NCBI GenBank assembly: GCA_951406725.2
Contig: OX597820.1
Coordinates: 83,638,001 to 83,702,000 of the forward strand
DNA: 64,000 nucleotides
Reading direction: 5' to 3'
DNA from: Octopus vulgaris
Lineage: Eukaryota
The notes beneath the pieces are model-generated. The model saw only the letters and a list, made by a program, of their open reading frames with translations, was not told the DNA's origin and did no database searches. The first letter of the stretch is position 1, and each line of letters starts with the position of its first letter. The position numbers and the translations under genes are program-made. Positions 56,420-64,000 of this stretch are shown here, piece by piece.

Positions 56420-56961
56420 CAGGGTTATTCAAAAAGAACGAACTGAAGGCTTTACGCAATATTTTAATGAGGACAAACAACAGAAAACTCCAGCTAAGTC
56501 ACAAGTATTTATTCACAATCTTCCTGCCTTGCAAGGGTTCAGTGTGGCCACCACCTGCAGCGCGGGCAACGTCAATGCGATAAGAGAATTCCTCCCAGAC
56601 GCGTATCAGCATATTACAATCCACTTGCTAATTCTTTGGCTATCTGGTTGAATGCTTTATCGAATTTTTTTCCATTTCTTTTCTATGTCAATATCTTCTG
56701 GAATCACTTCAAGCAAAGCAAATTTATTCTTAAGTTCTATAATGAACTTGCTTTTGATATGCTGATACGCGTCTGGGAGGAATTCTTTTATCGCAGCGAT
56801 GTTGATTGCGCGGCAGGTGGTGGCCACATTGAATACATGTAAGACAAGAAAGAAAAGTTGATTGTGACTAAATACTTCTGACTTAGCTGGAGTTTTCTCG
56901 AGCTTTTCATTATATGAAATACTCTGTAATGAAATCTGTTCATTCTTTTTAAATGACCCTG
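56420..56961. mobile_element. Fold-back MITE built from two transposon 3' ends
   Basis: TA-CAGGGTTATTCAAAAAGAA...TTCTTTTTAAATGACCCTG-TA. The ~200-bp inverted arms encode the transposase C-terminus MLIRVWEEFFYR.DV..AAGGGHIE. Confidence 0.85.
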
Positions 56962-56989
56962 TAGATATATATGTATATATATATATATA

Positions 56990-57150
56990 TACTACAAGCT
57001 GCTTTCATCTCCGTGTACAAGTCCACACACAGCGCTTTGGTCGCCCCGAGACTATAGCAAAAGACACTTGTCCAAGGTGCCACGCAGTGGATCTGAACCC
57101 GGAAGCATATAGATGATAAGCAAGCTACTTACCACATAGCCACTCCTGCA
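56990..57150 (-). mobile_element. SINE family A 5' half
   Basis: Reverse strand GCAGGAGTGGCTATGTGGTAAGTAGCTTGCT..GGTTCAGATCCACTGCGTGGCACCTTGG. Confidence 0.75.
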
Positions 57151-57169
57151 TCTTTATAGAAGGAAAACA

Positions 57170-58630
57170 GTTGTTTTACGTTTCGCGCAAAATAACATAG
57201 GGAGGTCCAAAAAAAGATAATAAAAGGAAGAGGGAGTAAAAATCGGAAACTGCCCTCGTGTAGTTACCTTTTTGAAATGATAAGAAGTAGAAGGATAAAG
57301 AGGAACTGATTTCCGGGAGAGGAACATGTGAAGAAGGGCTGGTATCTGTATGCATGTGAGTGTGCATGTTTGTGTATATGTGTGTGTAGGGTTGTGTGTG
57401 TAGATGTATGTGTGCGTGTGTGTCTGTATGTGCGTGTGTGTGTTCGTGCGTGTTTGTGTCCTGATCTGTGCAGTGTCTTTGGTGTGTGTGATATGGGGTG
57501 TGTATGTGATGCGTGTGTGGTGCGTGGCGTGTGTGTGGGTGTCTGGTGTGTTTGGTTTGTGTGTGTAGTGTGAGTGGTGTGTGCGACGTGTGTATTTTGT
57601 GCGTATGGTGTGCGTGTGTGGTGTTTGTGTGATGCTTGTGAGGTGTGTGGGGGTGCCTGGTGTATGTGGTACGTGATGTGTGTGGTTTGTGGCATGAGAA
57701 TATAAAATTTAAAAATTATTATAAACAATAGTAAAAAAAATAATAACAAATTATAAACAATAAATTAAAAAATTCTAAAATACATACATAAGGGAAATGA
57801 GATTATGTGAACAAATCAGTAACAGAAATAAATAGATATATAAATAAATAAATATTAAAATAAATAAAAAAATATGATGATAAAAAAATTTTAGAATTCA
57901 AAAGATATGACTGAAATAGTAATAGAAATAGATAAAAACATAAAAACAATAAAAATTGTAATAAACCTATAATAAATAACCGAATAAATGAATAATCGAA
58001 ATAATAGAAATGAATAACAAAAAGAAAGATAGGGTACAAAGATTTTTAAGAAGGTTGTAGGAACAGTCATTGAGAGGAGGGGGTTGTGTTGAGTCCGAAA
58101 GAAGTTTATGTGTAGAGTGAATATGTACTGCTGTTCAAGGCAGATTTGGTGAGTCCATTGTGTACGGCAAGGCCGAAGACGGTGATATTTGAGGTGGGGT
58201 GATTGGCCAAGCGAAAATGACAGGCGACAGGTGTGTTCGTACGAAGACGAACATCTCGTAGGTGTTAGGTGAACTGGTTGAGCAACCGGCGGCCTGTGTG
58301 ACCTACAGAAATTTGTTGCAGTGATTACACCCGTTGCAGTAAAAAGGCTGGAAGAAGTGCAGGTGAAGGACTTCCTAATATAGAGCGTGTACTGGTTGGT
58401 ATCCACGACGCATAAAGAAGCCTGCCAGGTGCTGGGACTGGGTCTCGAAATCTTGGTCCTGGCTATGCAGGCGTCAGATGCAGTGGAACTGGTAGAAGGG
58501 GATGGCTCGTTTGGTGTGGGAGGAATGGGAAGAGGTAAAGGTGAGTCAGAGTTGGGAGTTTGTGAGTTTGAAGAAGGCGGGGATGGTGAGAGAATGGGGG
58601 AGGAGATCAATGGAGAGGGAAAGTTAGATA
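57170..58630 (-). mobile_element. 5'-truncated Penelope-like element (linker/GIY-YIG + 3' UTR)
   Basis: C..C.YI-type linker, YIRKSFTCTSS, and a GIY-YIG remnant similar to 53850-54050. Same T-rich and CA-rich UTR order, and residual CGAAACGTA at ~57176-57184. Confidence 0.7.
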
Positions 58631-59192
58631 AATAGAAGCATATGTATATGTGTGTGTGATATATGTATATAATTATGTGAATCTATGTAAATATACACAC
58701 ATGCGTTTACCTTACATTTGTATATATATATACACGCATACGTACACACGTACACACACATACACACACTCATGCACATATATGGATATTGTATTTGTGC
58801 ATAGAGATGTTGCGATCAAATTCAGTTAAATACTTTTTGAGTTACAGGAATTTAGTATTCAAATTCTTTTTATCTTTATTCTAATAAATGTACTTGATCA
58901 AGCTTTGCCTCTATGTGTAATGAAAGATCTGATCATTTTAGATTGAAGACATATAAGTCAAATATAAATTTAAAGCTTCACATTGCAACATTACCCATTA
59001 GCACCTTCCATGATGTCAAAAAGATCAGCAAAGTCACACGATTGAAACAGACAACCGTCACTCATGGTTATTGCATCACGGCAATCTATAAGCTAACGGT
59101 AAACTACAGCTAGAAGATCGTTATATTTCTGACGAAAATGTTCTATAGTAGAAATATATGTATATAATAGCCAATGTCGTGTTGTTCCCATA

Positions 59193-59757
59193 TAGTCGCT
59201 GGGCTAAATCCCCAAAGAGCCTTATTTATTGAGTTGGTTGCACCCGTTTGCAACTTTAGTTTGATGGTACCACATTGTTCCTGGGTCTATGGGGATGACA
59301 TTTTCACTTATCATTCGCGCAACCTGTCAGGGAATTAGGACAACAGCTTTTTATAAGTAAAGGAATGAAAGTCAATATACTGTGAAAAAACATTAAAAAA
59401 TGGGCGGGTTTTTTTTCAGACAAATTGGTGAGATTTTCCCTTTTTGGGTAATGAAAGATGAAAGATTCACCATGGGTATGGTAAAGAGGTATATTTCCTT
59501 CATTTCAGTACATCTAGGGCGTTAATAGAAAAATATTTCCAATGGTTACCTGTGTATCACATATTTCCACTTTTATAGCCTCGAGACTCGCATTTACTTA
59601 TAAAAACTGTTGTCTTAATTACCTGACAGGTTGTACAAATGACAACAATTGAAAATGTCATCCCCATAGACCCAGGAACAATGTGGTACCATCAAAATAA
59701 AGTTGCAGGCGGGGGAGGCAACCAAAGTGCACATTTCTGGAATTGGTCCACCGACTA
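59193..59757. mobile_element. MITE with long inverted repeats
   Basis: Ends TAGTCGCTGGGCTAAATCC / GGAATTGGTCCACCGACTA. Near-perfect internal inverted block GATGGTACCACATTGTTCCTGGGTCTATGGGGATGACATTTTCA (59263-59306 vs ~59650-59693). Confidence 0.8.
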
Positions 59758-61289
59758 ATAATTATTACTGCTGTCATGGTTGGGTTGTTGCTAATACCAC
59801 TATTTGCATGACAATCGTAATTGTGATGTTTATATTAGAATCAGTTTAGTTATGGATCTTTCTCTGCAACAAGCATCAATTTATATTTTCTTTGCCATAC
59901 TTCGTTACCGTGGCCTAGTTTTTGGTTTTTCTTATTGATTGTAGCGTTCTAAATTGCAACACATTTTTGTTGTTTTTAATTTTTAAACATTTTTTTGCAT
60001 AATTGTATAGTACTGGAGTTAGGTATTTTCTCATTCTTAGCTTTTCTTTTAGGAACGAATCACGTGAAGTAAGAATTGATGTGGTGTTAGATAGCATTTC
60101 CAGATACCTAACACTCACCTTAGTTCACCACAGAATTTCTACGACATCATGAGAATTTGGGCACCCGCAGTATTGAATTATATATAATGGACATATCTAT
60201 TTGAATAGTTTTGTTTTTGAGCGTCTTTGAAAGTTCGAATGTTGGAAATTAGTTTGTAAATTACCAGAGGGAACAAGTGTTATAAAAGTTCATAGCATAT
60301 TTAATGTATACAGAAAGTGTTTCTTTACAAGTGCTTACGAAATATAATTTTCGAAGTTTCCGAATTAAATGTGTATGTGAATTTAGCAATATGCCTTAGA
60401 AAACCCGATGTTTAAAATATTTCTTTATCGGTTATTAAATTTATTTAATGTTTGCGTTACACTTTTGAATTGGTTTATTATAGTCCGTTGTTGCGTGTAT
60501 CACATAATCAAGTCATTTAGCTTCCTGGTTTTATTTCGAAGATGGTGACAGTAATTACTCTTGTGGCCGTGTTGAACTGAAGGCTGTATTAGAAATTTAA
60601 TCTTCTGGCGTAGAATGAAACACTTGACCTCGCTTATAATTTTGAAGTTTAGCAGAAGAATTATTAATAATTCTACTAAAAAGGGATCGCGAAAGTTCAA
60701 GGTGAGCTTTTCTCGTTAGAAGGTGCAGAAAATACACATTTCCTCTTAACAACGTAGAAGTAAATTATAACTGAAATATAATAAAAAATAATGCATCAAT
60801 GATTAGATCGGATGTCGGCTAATTCTCATTATATAACACTAGAATATAGTTGGTTAAACAATAATGGAGACAAGAAGCGGAGATAAATATAGCATCAGGT
60901 ATACATCGACATTAAATGTCTTTACAAGAACAGAGTATGCATCTCGGTTACCAGTAAAACAAAACATGTTTTGCTGTATAGGGAATGAATAATATATACA
61001 CGTGAGTGGATATTTTATGTGGCTGTGATTATTGGGCAGTAAAAGACCAATTCGGCTTCATCAAGTGGTTCCAACTGAATAAATCATATGAAGAATCTTT
61101 CTATCTTCATTCTGTTATAAGACAGGAATATTGCTGCCGTCCTGTCTGTTGTGCTTATTACCTTCAAGGAAGTACGAATAAAAATGTCGAGGGAAAATTA
61201 AGTATTAGGTCGTCAAGTATGAAATATGTAGAAAAGACAATTCTTGCTAATATTTTTTTGAAGACAAAGAAGAGTTTTATTCCTCAAAG

Positions 61290-62286
61290 TATGCACCTAT
61301 ATTGTCTATACACTCACTGCTATTTTAGCGATAACGTGTCCAGCCCGGAACTGTAAAAGCATGGCAATCTAGAGTCAATAATATGTCGGAAGACCTGTTT
61401 TATAGCATCGTCGGAATTAATTTTTTCCCCCCCAAAATGTTATCCAAATTCTCAAAGAAGTGGTAGTCAGTAGGGGCAAGATTAGGTGGATGATGGAGAA
61501 CTTGCAACTCCAACACCTGTCCTTTCACCATTGCCATTTTTGAAGTGTGTGGTCTGGCGTTGTTTTGCAATAAAATACGAGTGGATCTGTTGACTAATCT
61601 AGGCTTCTAAATTTACGGTTGTTTTATTAGATCCATTTCTCATCACCTGTTACGATTCGATTAGAAAATGATTCATTTTGTGATGTGAAAGTAGCATAAT
61701 ACAGGCTTCCAAACGTTGCTGTCTCTGATTTTCATTGAGTTCATGTGAAACCCACGTATCCAAGTTTTTCACTTTACCGATTTAAACTTGATGACTCAAT
61801 ACCGGTTTCATGCTAACACTAAACAACAACGTTAATCCACGGGCACTTTGAGATGTATCTGATTCGACGGTGGCATTCAGTTCCTCATTATCCACGTTTG
61901 TTTCTGGTTGATCGCATTGCTCATTTGTGTGCTCAAAGTTAACAGAACAAAATTTTGCAAACAAATCTGATACTATCTGCTGTGTAATAACATTAGGTTG
62001 AATTACTCAAATAATATTCCGAGTAGCCTGTGATGCTGTATTTCCAAGAAAGAACTCTTATTTCAAAACTGTAGGAATTTCCGACTTACCCATTCTCTAA
62101 ACAAAATAGCAAAAAAAAAAAAAAGGATTTATAAATACCTTATGAAGTGCAAAATGAGTTCGAATAAAGAAATAGATGTGTAAGCTTTGTAACAAAAAGT
62201 AAAGATTGTCAAAATATAATAATGGCGCAAATTGAGCAGCCGTCAAATTTTACCATATGCCTAATTACATCCTTGACGACCTAATA
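61290..62286 (-). mobile_element. Mariner (DD34D) remnant
   Basis: Reverse strand KNLDTWVSHEL (WVPHEL), RIVTGDEK and LHHPPNLAPTDYHFF (HPPYSPDLAP.DY). TIR-like TATTAGGTCGTC at the right end. Confidence 0.82.
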
Positions 62287-64000
62287 TATTTGACAATAAC
62301 ATAGACGCGCAGGATTCACTGCACAGAGTAAAATTTTATGTTTTGTGAGACTATCTTTCATATAGAAATATGACAAACAGCAGAATGCAAATACACTGTA
62401 GGCGTAGGCTCTGCTCATTTTTATTGAACGACTAACTGCAAATTGCAGGCCATGTGAGAAAATCTACTCAACTTTACCTGTAAAACGAGTAGTATAGCAG
62501 GGCGGTAAATTTCATTAGTGAGAGAGGACGTGAATGAAGCTCAGGTATGGAATACGAGATGTGCTATATTACGTATCACACGCGACTTAGTTGGCAATGT
62601 CCTAGGAACAACAACCACTGAAACCACAGGTAATTGTGTAAATGTGTGATATGGAGAGTTAGTTGTACCCATTTGTTGTGAATTATTTTGAGCCTTCGAG
62701 ATATAAAAGATAAATATATGTGTTATCTGATTAAATAAAAGCACTCAAACAAAAACATGCGCAGTTTACAGCCGTGAAAATCTAAGATAACAGCCAGGGG
62801 GCACGATACATGGTGAGTAAACAGCAGTATGACTATGAAGATATTTCTCACGTGCTCAGAAAAACTGCAAACAAGTATGACTTTTGATAATACCACATGG
62901 ATGCGAAGCTGCAATAAACAGGCCGGATATCATTGATAATTTCCCATTACACCTTTTTTGAACATGTGTTTTGTGGATTAAACACCTGATGCATGTGAGT
63001 CAAGTTTTTGATGAAACGAGAAATTTTGGATGAGAATTAATATATAAGAAAGAGGACATTATTTTTTCGAGTGTTATTAAAGTGGTACTACACGGTGGAC
63101 TTGAGCTAGGGGACAGGGCGAACATTTGAGTATCTAACTTCAGCATTCTGGAAACGGCATGTATCTAAATGTGTAGTCACCTGTGCGTTGTAGAGTGTCC
63201 GAGTATATATATGTTAAAATGAATGTGTTTACTCGTTTGAAGAAAAAAGACAATAGTGTGGAAAACCAAAGGAAAGTATGCTAAAAGAAATACATGCAAA
63301 GTGGTCAAACAAAAGAGCAGGACATATATAGAAAGCAATTTCTACTGATTGTCCGATTTTTACACAGCCTAAATACATTGTCCGTTCCCGATCGGAAACG
63401 GAAGTTGTGGCGTGTTTATGGGATATATTATATGTAATTTTCAGAGTAGAATGAAGTGGGAGAAAATTGGTTTTGCATCTAGACATAAAATACCTATTGT
63501 GGATATTATTCATAAATGCCTCTTTCTATCACACTTGAATGATAGCAAATACATGAATAGGTTCTAAAAGTAAGCTGTGTATATGCTGTATACATACAAT
63601 ATTTACAAACGTTAAGAAAAAAATGGACATGGACATTCAATGATTAATACGAGCATGTATATTTAGTAGCATACGCGAGACTTGATCGTGACAAAGGTTG
63701 TTAATCTCTGGTGTTTGCAGTATTTAATGCTGGTGTGATGTTAGTGAGTTAATGGGTCAGAGCAGATGCGTATACCTGAAAACTGGCCATTTAATTCTCT
63801 GCAACATTTGTGCTGTAGCGACTATTGTAATAATTGAGGCCTTCGGATCTTGGAGAAAAAACAAGAGAAGAAAACTTTGGTGAGATTGTATTTTTCTCGA
63901 AACGTAGATAGCGAATACTAAAGGTAACTTTTTTTGTATGTATTTTTAAGTTAAACGGATTAATAGAAATATATGTCATTAAAGAATGCGCCAACATTTT

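Noticed and set aside
57891-58610. 239-aa proline/serine-rich ORF as a host gene
   Set aside because: It corresponds to the frameshifted PLE linker/GIY-YIG region running into a T-rich UTR.
60538-60600. EDGDSNYSCGRVEL resembling an SRCR domain start
   Set aside because: The frame stops within a few codons and lacks the downstream W-G-x-V-C motif.

Overview
AT-rich, microsatellite-saturated animal genomic DNA, intergenic or intronic. The SINE families resemble those I recall from octopus/cephalopod genomes; this is an inference, not a database result. No host protein-coding gene, rRNA, bona fide tRNA or CRISPR array can be supported. Most ORFs in the track are read-throughs of (TA)n, (CA)n or (AAT)n tracts. 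The window is mostly decayed mobile elements: at least five Penelope-like retroelement (PLE) remnants with hammerhead-ribozyme-like terminal repeats, about eight Tc1/mariner remnants or MITEs, R4/Dong-type RLE non-LTR fragments sitting in (AAT)n, CR1-group LINE 3' ends, Helitron-like ends and several tRNA-derived SINE families. Three observations stand out. (1) A recurring short element joins a tRNA-like Pol III head, a trinucleotide spacer and a minimal hammerhead-like tail, and shows head-to-head inversions like a PLE. (2) Two divergent ORF1-only (CCHC zinc-knuckle) retroelements share a 3' terminus and lack RT. (3) There is a panel of non-canonical hammerhead cores and fold-back palindromes, one fused to (TTAGGG)3.
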